A stretch of 64,000 bases of DNA from the NCBI GenBank assembly GCA_951406725.2, contig OX597826.1, forward strand, positions 14,136,001-14,200,000, in the 5' to 3' direction. Positions within the stretch are counted from its first letter, which is position 1, and the number at the start of each line of letters is the position of its first letter. Both the position numbers and the translations under genes were made by a program. The stretch is from Octopus vulgaris (taxonomy: Eukaryota). Under the pieces are notes generated by a model. The model was not told the origin of the DNA, made no database searches, and saw only the letters and a list, made by a program, of their open reading frames with translations. This document shows, piece by piece, positions 41,923 to 54,995 of the stretch.

Positions 41923-41925
<3 letters not shown>
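41560..41925 (+). mobile_element. pLTR-like element with hammerhead, ending in (TA)n
   Basis: 41676-41925 is homologous to the 15.0-15.4 kb fold-back element. Confidence 0.7.
41612..41688 (+). ncRNA. Near-canonical type I hammerhead ribozyme
   Basis: GAGTTTGTTGCA-CTGATGA-ACAT..AGTGCA-TATTC-TGCATT..ATGC-GAA-ATCA-TAGG-TGAT-A|CGTAACTAAATTC: intact core, one mismatch at the base of stem I and one at the base of stem II. Confidence 0.7.
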
Positions 41926-42010
<85 letters not shown>

Positions 42011-42013
<3 letters not shown>

Positions 42014-42300
42014 ATAAATCTCTAAACGAGATATAAACAGTAACTGCTCTATAACATAAGGGGCATCAGCCATCTGAATGTGGCTAGGGACAGGGCGGGG
42101 TGGTGGGGGTGTTACTGAAGCATTTAGCCCCAGGCGATCATCGACGTCACCAGAAGGGCTGACACCATCTCGGTGTCCTCTAGCCTGCAAAGGGAGATCA
42201 CCTTCCCCGAAGATACGGATACTACATACGGACCAGGTTTCGAGGTAATTGCCTCTTATCAACGCATGGTAATTCATTTCTTTGCCGAATTTCTACAATG
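42011..42300 (-). mobile_element. pLTR-like element of the 31.7 kb family, abutting (TA)n
   Basis: ATAATAAATCTCTAAACGAGATATAAACAGTAACTGC...AGCCCCAGG aligns with 31722-31850. Confidence 0.7.
42225..42268 (-). ncRNA. Type I hammerhead with two core substitutions
   Basis: Minus strand CATGCG-TTGATAA-GAGG-CAATTA-CCTC-GAAA-C-CTG-GTC-CGTATG; all three stems pair. Confidence 0.7.
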
Positions 42301-43864
42301 TTTGCGGCGATTCGTTTTTATATATTGATTTTTTTTATTTTTCATGCAATTTACGCATGTTTGCACGCGTAGTGAACATAGTTCACGTCAAACAGCTGAC
42401 TGAGTAAAGTTCACTATCCAATGCATGGGATAAGGCCTAAACAAACACATTATCGCTTTTTAAACTTGCGAGATGAATTTCGGAACAGAAATAGCGCAGT
42501 TCAATTTTCATTCGCCTAAACTTTACGTGACCCATTTTTGGTGGTTCTACGATTTGTTGGATAGGAGGAGATGTGCCGGGAAGTTAAACACACAGAAACA
42601 CACACAGATACACACACAGACACACAAATTGCGTTTTGTATATATAGATATATGTATGCATGCGAGTGTGCACGTGTGAATGTGTGTGTGTTTGTGTAGA
42701 AGTAAGTACATAGGTGACAAGCACAAACATATATTTATATATTCACCAGGCTCCGTACTTTTGCGTCACCCTATCGTCAACCTTAATAGCTATATACGCT
42801 TCCACGTAGGCATCGGCTATAAAATTAGCACAATATATTAAACTGAATCGACACTAGTAACTGACATCCTTTTTCTGAACTTATAAGGGTAGGATGAAGC
42901 ACAAAGTCGCCCTCTCACTGATTAGAAATTATGGCTGTTTGCGTTGGTGTCCCCAAACCCTCCATATGGATAAGAATACCATGTCGACTATAATGTTTTG
43001 CAAGAAGATATATTAGAGTGGTTTACTCTTACTAACAGATCTGTTCATAGAACTAAATTAACGACTTGACTGTTATTAACAGAGCTTAACTGCTACTGAC
43101 TACAACAATGAAATTCACGTTATTAGAGTACCTGTTTCCAACTAATTGATTTATTTACACCTTATGTGAGTTGAGTAATATGTTAAGTTGTAATTGTTTA
43201 TAACGTTTGCCAATTACCAACACAATAGCATTGAGACTGGTGTTGCACTTTCGAACATTTGGACGGCAGGCTAATGCATATATACTTATTCGTATGTCTT
43301 TCTCAAGTGTTTAAATCAAAGTTGGCTATTTATCATTATGAACAATTAAGTATCTTCAGAGGAAAAAAGACATGTTCATATTCATAAAACTATGACATAA
43401 AATCTTCATTTGTCTGAGACTTTATATTCAAATTACATTGTGCGCATGCACCCATCCAGTCAAGGTTATGTAGTGGATGCCATGCACGATAAATTTTTAA
43501 TTGTATTTAGGTTTTCATCTTGGAAGGGGAAGGAACTAAAAGGCTTGGCAATAATATTCAGCTACAGTGAGTAAGAAGAAAAATATCAATAAATTAAAAA
43601 TTTATTAACATTCTTTTAGAAAAAAGAGCAATATCACCTTTGTTTCGGAAACCGTGCATAGCTATGGACTCATTTGTATTTATGTATCGATTTTCCCCTC
43701 AAATAATTTCTGATAATAAAACGTCGGAAAGAAAGTGCTTTGGTTTTTCAAAATGGGAAGAGAACATGCAATTGTTGGGTTTTATTTGCTATATTTATTC
43801 AAACAAACATTCCCCACATCATTGATAACATAATCCCAGCTATTAGGCAATTGTTGATCTCTCG

Positions 43865-44091
43865 TACTCTTTACTCTTTTACTATTTTACATATTTCAGT
43901 CATTTGACTGCGGCCATGCTGGAGCATCGCCTTTAGTCGAGAAAATCCACTCCAGGACTTATTCTTTGTAAACCTAGTAGTTATTCTATCGGTCTCTTTT
44001 GCCGAACCGCTACGTTACGGGAACGTAAACTCGCCAGCATCGGTTGTCAAGCGATGTTGGGAGGACAAACACAGACACACAAACATATACG

Positions 44092-44129
<38 letters not shown>

Positions 44130-44219
44130 GATGAGAAATTTGGTTTGTGAAAGCACGTGGTTGAATATATATTTTTTAACCTTTTAAAACAAGTCTTCTG
44201 TAGTTTTTTCACTTTTTAC

Positions 44220-44258
<39 letters not shown>

Positions 44259-44422
44259 CATATATAGGACGGGCTTCGTTTCAGTTTCCGTCTACCAAAT
44301 CCACTCACACGGTTTTGGTCGGCCGGAGGCTATAGTAGAAGACTTGCCCAAGGTGCCACACAGTGGGACTGAACCCAGAACCATGTGGTTGGTAAGCAAG
44401 CTACTTACCACACATCCACTCC
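43865..44422 (-). mobile_element. SINE family A with an insert of about 100 bp in its internal TA tract
   Basis: Both halves match 17452-17864; extra sequence at 44130-44225. Confidence 0.85.
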
Positions 44423-45049
44423 TCGTACGTAATATTCTTCTAGTTTCGGTGCAAAAAAATCTCTGATCTCATTTTAAACCTCTTCACAATTAATTGTTTC
44501 CTTCCAAGTAATTTTGCAATGATCAGTAAGGCAATGATCTGCAAGTGAGACAGAGCAAGGCCAGGAGAAAAGGTCGACGAGGTAAAATTACCATCATCTT
44601 TTCCTAAGGAACTTGCGCAATATGTGCTCTTGCATGAAGATGTAAGAATTAATGCTGACTTTACCGTAATTGTTGAAACAGTACCTCAAAGTGATCATGT
44701 CAAAACTATTACATGACTTTCTTTCCAACCTAATATACAACTTTTTTCTGCATTACAGACTTTATGTATCGAAATTTAGAGGTTGATGCTGAAAATACTC
44801 GTACCATCATAACAAGTATGTGATGATGATATTAACCTTGATTATGTTGATGATGATGATGATGATGATGACGACGACGATGATGATGATGATGACGATT
44901 CAGTGGTGTTAGAAAAGACTGAGAATACGTTGATATTATTACTATCCGTCGTCTTTCTTATTTTAAGCGCACAGTAACTGGATACAAAGCAAATATACTG
45001 GTTATGGTGGGAAATTAGGTAATATTGATGCTGATGCATTTTTTAACAA

Positions 45050-45051
45050 TG

Positions 45052-45083
<32 letters not shown>

Positions 45084-45220
45084 GTAACAGATGAAGAATG
45101 AAAAGAAAGGGGAAAAGAAAGAAGAAAAGCATAAAAGAAGAAAAGAAGATACAGGAGAAAGAAGACAGAGAAGAATGGGGGTGGAGAATGGAAGAAAAAG
45201 GAATAATAATAATAATAATG

Positions 45221-45275
<55 letters not shown>

Positions 45276-45320
45276 GAAGAAGAAGAAGAAGAAGAAGAAG
45301 CAGAAAAAGAAGAAAAAGAA
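45050..45320. repeat. (AAT)n/(AAG)n compound microsatellite and purine-rich tract
   Basis: Direct inspection. Confidence 0.9.
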
Positions 45321-45574
45321 GAATCGCTCACCAAGAATGTATTGGAATGTATTTGATTGTATCTCAAATCGAGTGTTATGAAATTATGCATGCGTAGTGA
45401 AATTCATTCAGTGGTGAATAAATCACATCAGAATTATATTCTCATATGTTTTACTCTGCAGCAAGAATTACAAAAGCATCAACATCAGAAATCTATCCTC
45501 CATAATACGTAAGCGAACAACAGAAGTAAGCTTGAAAGATTTCTTCTATAAAAACCACTTGCCTCGATACAGGT

Positions 45575-45630
45575 AAATAGACTTAAACGGTTTCAGCCCA
45601 TGTGACTAATTCAGTGACAGAAGTCTATTT
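45575..45630 (-). ncRNA. Hammerhead-like relic
   Basis: Minus strand AAATAGACTT..CTGAATT-AGTC-ACATG-GGCT-GAAA-CCG-TTT-AAGTCTATTT: perfect 10-bp outer stem and stem II AGTC/GGCT, with a mutated core. Confidence 0.4.
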
Positions 45631-46294
45631 AAGATATCGCATTATTTAATCTCAAATTGAATCATTTCTTCATCATTATATTTTCCATAGATTACCTTGT
45701 CGTCTTCTATATATTCTTTACATCATTATTTCTTACGTTTTCCAGTTATCCTACATTAGGTTTTCTTAAATAACTTCAGTACAATATTTCTTATCATCCA
45801 TTTCCTCATTCTCTCGTTTATGGGTTCCTCGGTATTTTTTTCACGGCTGACATTCATTCATCTCTTACGATGAAAAAGCAAATATGTTTAATACCTACGC
45901 TGCTTATATAATCCTACGATACAATCAATTTTCTTTTACACACTACAAATCGCTATTTATTTATTGGTTGAGTAAGATTGATAATATTAATACCAATGGT
46001 GTTACAAGGTTTTAGATTTGTCTCCCCACGTGGATTACAAGCAAATTCCATCATGCATGGTTTCAATGTAAAGTGCTGTATTAACTTCCTCAAAATAAAT
46101 TATCAACATTTCCTCCATTAAAATAGTTAAGGAAATCTATCGGAACATAGTCTAGCTACTTAGCTTTGATTGTTCGTAACAAATATATTATTATCAGTTG
46201 CATACAGTCATTCACTAATGACGTCAGTAAAATCATTGGCCTAGCTCCGAAGTTTGAAACGATTGCTATTGATCATGTAATAAGGATTTCAAAT

Positions 46295-46490
46295 TTTGGT
46301 ATAAAGCCAGCAGGTTTGGGAAAGAAATTGATCGATTACATTGACCTCAGTTTCCAACTGGTACTTCTTATATCATGCTCGAAAGTATGAAAGTCAAAGT
46401 CTACCTCAGTGAAGTTTGAATGTAGAACATAAAGACGGGCAAAATGCCGCTAAGCATTTTCCCCGGATTGCTAACCATTCTGGCTGTTCA
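46295..46490 (-). mobile_element. Diverged SINE family B
   Basis: CTGGTACTT...GAAAGTCAAAGTCTACCTC...GCTAAGCATTTT. Confidence 0.55.
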
Positions 46491-46499
46491 TAACATCAT

Positions 46500-47570
46500 T
46501 TTGATATTCTAACAATAAAGCCGTTGCACACGAATTTACTTCGCAGCGATATTGTTCTGATGTATGGAGGCAAATTTCCGAATATGAAATAATACGTTTT
46601 CCAATTCCAGTATTGTTCAGCTTGTAGTCTGGATTTCGTACTATGTGCACTAAGTACTACAGTAATAAATGTCAACTTTGTTTCCCACAATGGCTTCCAC
46701 GCTTTAACTAGATCCTGATATATCTCAAATTTTACTATTTGTCTGGGATCCAATCTATTGCCAGGTGGTATTGAAATTATTATACCATTACATATTTAGT
46801 CTCCTTGCTTCACTAGTATTACCATTTTTTGAAGGAGAAATCTCATATAATTCTGTAATTATTATTCCCTATCATGGTCTCTGGCTTGTGTTCATAGGAC
46901 TTTTCTATGAGTTTAAATCCATACATTCGATTAACATTCTAAGGCAGTATTTTATTGTCAGAGATTTGCCTGTGCTTATACTCTTTTTGTGCTACCTTAC
47001 TGTATCAAATTCGTTGAAATGTCTTGTTGTCAAGCGGCTGTAATTAGTGATTCAGTTTCCATCTTCTTCATTTTCAACATCCTCGGTTTCCTTCATGAAC
47101 TGGACATGCAATTCCTTATCTTTCCAGTTATTTGTCTTGTTATCTGTTCGAGTTTATGAATTCTCCAGCTGCTTTAGTAACTTTTTGGATATATTCAACC
47201 GTGGATCACATTCTTTCTTAACTGCAAAAATATAATTCTTCAAACTCAATATCGCAATACAGTTTCGTGAGTTCTGCATTTAATTAACCTCTGCCTATTT
47301 CTTTCCTGACAGGTAGAACTTGTCAATATTACTTTTAAGGTACTGTTCGTTGCACATTGTGAGCAGCTTCCTAATACTTCTATCGAAATATTCTAGCTGT
47401 CCGGTTACAAAAACAAACAGAAAATCTTTTCTCACATCGCCAAGGAAATATGATTGCCTATGGAAATACTGATTGCGTTTAATTTTGTTTCGAGTGCCTT
47501 CTCTATCCTTTTTTGTACTCAATAGTCTAATGGTACCCAGTTGTAGTAACTTTATACCTCGAAACTTTCT
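46500..47570 (-). pseudogene. Decayed R4/Dong-like non-LTR retrotransposon
   Basis: Peptides DRSIRKLLTM...KSNIDKFYLS and KFEIYQDLVKAWKPLWETKLTFITVVL resemble R4-clade RT thumb and RLE regions. Confidence 0.6.
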
Positions 47571-47590
47571 ACTATCGACCCCTGTTCATA

Positions 47591-47652
<62 letters not shown>

Positions 47653-47989
47653 CCATCATCACCACCACCACCACCAACACCACTCCCAACGCTGGAGATG
47701 TACGACGGTGTCAGTTGTTCACTACCAGTGAACTAAGGTAGCACTTCCTATTTTTCGGACACCATCCGGAGTATTCGAGCGGTTCCAAGCAGTGCTGTTT
47801 TCTGCAATTGCTCTACCCATATTGCTGCCCCTATTTGTTCCAAGTACTTCTCTAATTTTGAAGTCTAATTTTAATGGAAACGACAATAACAAAGCCACAA
47901 ACTTCCTTTTATGTTGCTGCCAGTCAGTCCTATGTTGTTTAATCATAATTTATTTCTTGCTCCAAATGCAAGATTCCTACCAATAGTAT

Positions 47990-48206
47990 TCTTTTACTAT
48001 TTTACTCTTTTACTTGTTTCAGTCATTTGACTTCGGCCATGCTGGAGCACCGCTTTTTAGTCGAGAAAATCGACCCCAGGACGTATTCTTTGTAAGCCAA
48101 GTACTTATTCTATCGGTCTCTTTTGCCGAACCGCTAAGTTACGGGGATGTAAGCATACGGTTATCAAGCGATGTTGGGGGACAAAGAGTCATACATATAC
48201 ACACAC

Positions 48207-48237
<31 letters not shown>

Positions 48238-48407
48238 CATATATACGACGGGCTTCTTTCAGTTTCCGTCTACCAAATCCACTCACAAGGCTTTGATCGG
48301 CTCGAGGCTATAGTAGAAGACACTCTACCAAGGTGCCACGTAGGGGACTGAACCCGGAACCATGAGGGTGGTAAGCAAGCTACTTACCACGCAGCCACTC
48401 CTGTGCC
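47990..48407 (-). mobile_element. SINE family A
   Basis: Matches 17452-17864. Confidence 0.88.
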
Positions 48408-50165
48408 TATATACAACTCTTACAGTGATAGAACGTTTAAGAAGGACAGTAATCAAATAGTTTCTCGTATTTCCGTCCAGTGATGTGAAAATTGTAGTGA
48501 ATTAATCATGGAAGAACCTATGATCAAAATAAAAGTATATTCGTCAGAAACTGTTGGTCTAGTTTTGGATCCGTTTCTAACAATTATAAATACATGACAA
48601 TAATATGCATCGTTTTGTTGTATTTAAAAATTCTAAATTATCGCTTTTGATTATTAAGAAATACAAGAAAAAATAAACGGTCAACAATATATATCTAAAC
48701 AAATATTTATTAAATTTGATTAAACTATATTTTTATTTTCATTTCGAATAAGCTGTTAAAAAACGTTCTCTTTGTACTCAAACGTATTTGCACATATGTT
48801 ATCTTAATAGCCTATGTGTAAACTAAATCCACGAAATGGTTTAATTTATACCATTTATTCTTTTGAATACTATCAGTGGAATTTTCGAAACATGTGTCGA
48901 AAGTAAAAATATTTGATTACACCTGCATTAAACTCCATTTATTTATTCATATATATATACATATATATATATATATATGTTATACGGGGAGAAAAATAAG
49001 TGATATTCTTATATTTTGCATTAAATGGGCAAATATATATGTGAATTTTGACTCAGATTTGAAACTATATCCTTGTGATAGTTTGTTAGAAGCTTACTTT
49101 ACTCTCCTGCTAACATCACACATTATTGATGCTTCCTTTAAAACTTCAAATGCAAACAACGTTAAACTTGATTCTCGTTGTAGACACAGGAAAAGCGGAG
49201 GCCACATATATACCTAGCATAAAATCATTAAAATAACAATTTATTAAATATAACCTGTAATAGAACAATAAAATAACATCATAGCTGGAGATAAGGACGT
49301 TGATTTCGCAATTGAGTAAAGAGCAACATATAGACATTTCAGAGAATTATTAATTTGATATCAAATAACATGGTAATGAAGTTTCGTGTGTAACCGTACT
49401 TCTGAAGCGCAATCTTAATTATACATATCTTTGTAAAATGTAGCTGACATAATAATTAATTTCTATGTAATTGTGGCATTGCATAGATCTAAAAGAAGAG
49501 AAAGATCACCCACCATTTCTTAGATTGCTGCGGATCTTGCTCTGATTTTATTTTCGTAGACATTAATTTAATGTAGGCTGTTTAGCTCGTTAAGCCGTAC
49601 TTTGTAATAGTACCTGTGCGAAGTTTGGAAATCATAGCACATAGAGTGCAATGGTCTTCTCATTGGTATATTGCAGTCCGAGTGTCGTAATGGGAACCAC
49701 TGTTACTACGGCTGAAAGACAGATTATTTTAGCGACAGCTGGAAGAGAAGAGGCAGAAAAGCGTGATAGAAATTCCGGTACAGAAATATTAAATAAAAAC
49801 CGCTGTTGTTTAAAATATAGATTGAGATTTTCTGCAGATCTAAAAGTTAATGGGGCTTGATGGAAAGACAGCTGCCACTACGTATTTTTCTGCAATTTAA
49901 TATCTAATCGAGAATCGATGAAAGAAAAGAAAAGAGGATAATGTAAAACAAGAACGCAATCTGAGAAATATTGATGATAAAAACGAAATAAATAGTGAAT
50001 ATTTAATGTAAATTCAAAAATAATTCCACGTAGAAAAGTAAGTTTTTTCTTATTGTGTTTAGATTTATTATTCTATTTAATATATTTCTAGTCCCTGTTT
50101 GTCGTCTGTCTATTTCTATCTCTCTGAAACTCAACTTATATCCCTCTCTCGCTCTCTCTATATTC

Positions 50166-50169
<4 letters not shown>

Positions 50170-50198
<29 letters not shown>

Positions 50199-50285
50199 TG
50201 AATGTATGTATGTATGTATGTATGTATGTATGTATGTATGTATGTATGTATGTACGTATGTATGTATGTACGTATCTATCTATCC

Positions 50286-50341
<56 letters not shown>

Positions 50342-50446
50342 ATCTATCTATCTATCTATCTATCTGTCTGTCTGTCTGTCTCTTTGTCTGTCTGTCTGTC
50401 TGTCTCTTTGTCTGTCTGTTTATCTGTCTATCTATCTGTTTGTCTG

Positions 50447-50491
<45 letters not shown>

Positions 50492-50515
50492 ATATCTATT
50501 TATCTATCTATCTAT
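50170..50515. repeat. (TATG)n/(TATC)n/(TGTC)n compound microsatellite
   Basis: Direct inspection. Confidence 0.95.
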
Positions 50516-51099
50516 GTCACGTACTATATATGTGTGAGTCGGTGTGTGTGTGCATATATACAGCTATCTGAGTGTGTGTGTGTGTATGCGTTTGCAAGAG
50601 CTGCAATGAAATAAATTATTCATTACTTGAGCGATGCATTATTTGCGATATTTCATGTGAAAGAATAGAGGACTGTATCAGTATCAAAATACGTTCTGAT
50701 TTCAAATCCCATTCGGATGACTTAATTCTGTGTATAATCTATAAAACATACTATTCCCGTACTGAAAGGACTTGAAATGAAAACATTCGTCCGATATTTC
50801 AACCGATTTATTCTGACATTACAACTAAGTATACATCTAACGAGAGGCCTTCTATATGCTGATTAAACCGCTATATTAGCCGAATAGATGCTAAAACATA
50901 GGCTAAAGTTTCAAAAAATTAAGAAAATTATTCCTAGGTTTAAGATAAAATGGCAATGAACGGAATACCTGTTGTAATAGGTTTGCTTCAACATGTACGA
51001 CTTCGACTAATTATAACACTTCTGTCTCAAGTTTGCAAAAAAGGTTGAGTGTATGACTATATCATTTCAGTTATTTCCTTTTCTCATTCGACCATGGTA

Positions 51100-52092
51100 A
51101 TATGGTTTGCGAAGACAAATTTATATATGTATGTCATTATTCTGCTTTATATCAAGATTTCCCAAAAAAGCCAGTTTCTAACCTAGATCCAAGTCTCCTT
51201 CATTGAAATTTTAACAACATAACTTGTTAGGGTACTATATCACTCTCAGAAGTAAGTTAGTTTGCTGTAGAGAGGGGGAAAACATTTTTTGAATAATCTA
51301 ACGCATCTGCTCGCCTTTGATTTCTGCAAGCTATTTTATTTCAGCGTGCAAGTTTCTTGACATTGGTGTAGATGGCCATGTATTATTTACTCCGGTTAGT
51401 AAAGGTATCTCACTATTTGAACTGGGGATGGGCACTGTCGTTGATAGTCATCTTGGATATTGTGCAGTAGTTGCCCCGAGGGAGAAACCAATGAGAGTTG
51501 TATATATACAAGAAAGTACTGTCTTCGAACATGTACAACTGATATGTACAGTTGAATCTGATGGTTTGTATGTGAGATTAAAACAATTGATTGGTCACTA
51601 AGGCAGGGAATATTTTTACAATATCTTCGCTCGGGATAGACATTCTTTTGGCTGCATTAAAGGAAGTTTGCATGTGCAGCAGCTACTTTGTTACACATTT
51701 GCGTAAGCTGTAATCGTATGTAGATTGCATCTGCATTAAATTCTAGTAATGTCGCAGCATAAAAGTTACAGTGTTTTTCGCACTTGAAGAGTCGTAGCAT
51801 TTCTTAACGAGAATGCAATTAATCTTGTTAGATATCTATTAAGCAGTGAGTCTGTCTTCGACAATTCTCATTAGAAGGTGTTATCACATTGAGAAATAGT
51901 TTATGTCTTGACTACTTATGACCGAAATATTAATTGTTATTGCCGAAGGTATTATTTGTAAATGAGTGTATGATTTGAAGGTACCGTGAGAAAGCCGTTA
52001 ACGTGGAGGAATGTGTGAATATCAATCGGTCGGCACTCACTACAAAATTACTCTGAGAAGGGGACGATATTACTAATGATATTGCATTATTG

Positions 52093-52095
<3 letters not shown>
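51100..52095 (-). pseudogene. Decayed PLE reverse transcriptase
   Basis: Minus-strand remnants resembling FVVSAD...(T)H, YANV and IPLL / Y.KP.NT motifs; heavily interrupted. Confidence 0.4.
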
Positions 52096-52143
<48 letters not shown>

Positions 52144-52329
52144 ATATTCCCGTGTAAGAATAATTTGAAAATCTTTGTATTAATAAATCATATTCAAAAT
52201 CAGGACTTTGAATACCTCATCTTAAGGTATTCAAGTCCTAAGCCTAGGACTCTGAATACCTTGTTTTAAAAGACGTGTGTTTAACTGAAAGGTAACACCA
52301 GTGCTACAAATGAAGAGAAAATGGTAAGG

Positions 52330-53220
52330 TAATCTCGTTTTATTCTCCATTTAATCTAGATTGTTTCCAGTAATGTACATAGAAGCTACTTGTGACATTT
52401 TCAAAGAAACCATGTGTATTTTAAACTCTTTAATGGCCAAAACTTCAAGGTCAACTACACTTGTATAAATGATATACATACCAGTATACAAATACAAACA
52501 GAAACAAAATTAAATCCACACGGGCTCCACATTACACTCCATCATGTAATTTTCGAAATTGGAACAATTATTCACTGGAAGGACCCTCTTTCATCTGTAA
52601 AGCAATATTTACAGCATCCGATAGCATCACAGAATACTACATGGGTAAAAGAGCCACACATGAGAAGATTTATGCAATATGTAAAACCCTCAGAAGAAGG
52701 GAGAGAGGAAAACTCCCACTTTATCCAGAGACTCCAGGAGCGTGAGAACGTCAACTCCAAGATGAAATGGACCATCCATGGGAGAGCTTCTCCTTACATA
52801 GAGTTCGTAATTGCCAGAGCGGCATTCGTGAGGTAGTATTCAACCTGATATAGCATGCAATTTCCCTCAACAGGAAAACAGATTTACATTCTTGCAGTCA
52901 TTAAGATTTATCCTTGCAAATGAGCTTCCAATCTCGGGTCACCGTTAACCCAGGAATACCATTGTAGCCGTAGTTAGCCAAGCATATAATGAGATTAGCT
53001 TTCTTCCATGTAATATACGGTCTATTAGCTCCCGGCCCTAAATAACCCGCTCCTTTGTGCTGTACTTATTATAAGTAACCTAGCACGACCAAAACCGTTT
53101 ACTTCGCCACGTCGTATGTTGTGTGCGTTAGTGAAAGTTAGGAGTAAGCTGTTGAATTCAATAAACCACAAATTAAAACTGAATCTAGCGTGTTACCGTC
53201 TTCTGTTCTACTTTTACTAG
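52330..53220 (+). pseudogene. Decayed Poseidon-like PLE 3' end (GIY-YIG region plus UTR)
   Basis: ORF 52414-52836 with FNGQNFKVNYTCINDI and KWTIHGRASPY, typical of Poseidon C-termini. Confidence 0.5.
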
Positions 53221-53262
53221 TATATACATTCTCCCTCCCACATAAATTACGTATAAATTATA

Positions 53263-53430
53263 CGAGTGGGTGCTGAAAATTTCCTGGGTTTAAGGGTATC
53301 GCCAAGGGCGTGGTTGGAGGCCCATCCTTCCTGAATGATTGCTGCAGTAAGTATGTGGAATAAAATCTTAATTAACTGATCCACCTGTATTTTCTTTTAT
53401 CCAAAGATAGAAGCTTTTCAACATCCCTCC
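53263..53430. mobile_element. Mariner-derived MITE
   Basis: TA|CGAGTGGGTGCTGAAAATTTCC ... AAGCTTTTCAACATCCCTCC|TA: imperfect TIRs with TA duplication. Confidence 0.7.
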
Positions 53431-54274
53431 TATGTATGTATGTATGTATGTATGTATGTATGTATGTATGTATGTATGTATGTATGTATGTATGTATGTA
53501 TGTATGTATGTATGTATGTATGTATGTATGTATGTATGTATGTATGTATGTATGTATATGTGTGTGTGTGTGTGTGTCTGTTAGACAGCAGAAATAGATC
53601 TACATGCATGCGTATATATATATGTGTGTGTGTATAGTAAATGTGAAACTGCATTGTAAATAAACAACGACAGATAAAAACCCTATACACATACTGAGTG
53701 AATAACCGGGGTAAAGACAGACGTCTTTAATTCTTCATCAGGTATCAACCAAAATATTAATTCTCAGTTTCGCATCATTAATGATAAGACTGAAAGGTTC
53801 CTATATTGGCGGTGCCTGCGAAAGCCTTTGAGAACGTAAAGCCTTGAGCAAACAAAACAACACACAGTGGACATACGAAATGAATAGGTACGAGCAAAAA
53901 ATTTCTGTGTCTTGCTAATTGCTATGTTCTATATTCTTTAGGGTTTCTTCTAAGTGTTACGCGCCATTCTTCTCTTTTTTTTCCTTAAGGCCATATTTTG
54001 CCCGTTTTCAATTTACTTCATCTATGTTCATCGTCTTAACTTTCGTATGTCCACTGTGTGTTGGTTTGTTTGCTTGAGGCCCTACATTCTCTGCGGCTCA
54101 GTATATGTCTTTTATCTGTCGTGGTTTATTTACAATGCAATTTTTCATTTATTAAGGAACAGTACGCTACGCACACCCGGCTTTTATTACCAGTATTACC
54201 AAATTATTAATTACTAATTAATTTATTTATTTTACCCTTATTATTATTGTTGTTGACAATATATATATATATAT

Positions 54275-54730
54275 TTAATCAATATAGGGTGGCAAAAAAA
54301 ATTTTGTAGAATTTTTTTGCCACCAGCGGCCTAGTGGGAAAAAATTAAATAGTCATAGACCATTTATAAGTTCAACATCACAATCAAGGAACGGCCATAA
54401 TAGGCCATTCACCCACTAGAAATAACAGCCAAAGCTTCAACCGCAAAATAACATTAATTCCGCAAACCAGGAGAAAATTAAAAAACATTTACCCTGTAAT
54501 TTCTTATACGATGCACCGTTTCATCTACTATTTAATGGTAAACTAACCTGATTAAATTAAATCAAGCCAATCTTCCATAGGCCCTTAGATTCGTCAGTAA
54601 GAAATAGCCAGATCGGAACAGATATTTTCACGAGGCATTTCTGTCCCTGCCTCGGCAATATCTGACCTAAAATTTTCAAATCATCGCACTCGCGCCAATT
54701 AATGTTATTTTGCGGTTGAAGCTTTGGCTG
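54275..54730 (-). mobile_element. pLTR-like element with canonical hammerhead and terminal inverted segment, between (TA)n runs
   Basis: Perfect 34-bp inverted repeat 54426-54459 / 54697-54730; hairpin at 54288-54324. Confidence 0.7.
54499..54605 (-). ncRNA. Canonical type I hammerhead ribozyme with extended stem II
   Basis: Minus strand ATTTCTTA-CTGACGA-ATCTA...TAGAT-GAA-ACGG-TGCA-TCGT-A|TAAGAAAT: 8-bp stem I, full core and GUA cleavage triplet; stem II extended by CTAT/ATAG, ATTGGC/GTTAGT and TTGATT/AATCAG. Confidence 0.85.
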
Positions 54731-54748
54731 ATATATATATATATATAC

Positions 54749-54941
54749 TGGAGTGGCTCTATGGTAAGTAGCTTGCTTACCAACCACATGGTTCCAGGTT
54801 CATTCCCACTGCATGGCACCTTGGGGAAGTGTCTTCTACTATAGCTTTGGGCCGACCAAAGGCTTGTGAGTGGATTTGGTAGACGGAAACTGAAAGACGC
54901 CCGTCGGATATATGTATATACATATATATATGTATGTATGT

Positions 54942-54995
<54 letters not shown>

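Noticed and set aside
44500-44645. In-frame TGA after CK as possible selenocysteine
   Set aside because: No homology or SECIS evidence, and the frame itself is unsupported.
52200-52262. Small hairpin/triplication AGGACTTTGAATACCT
   Set aside because: Too short to assign; likely a local template switch.
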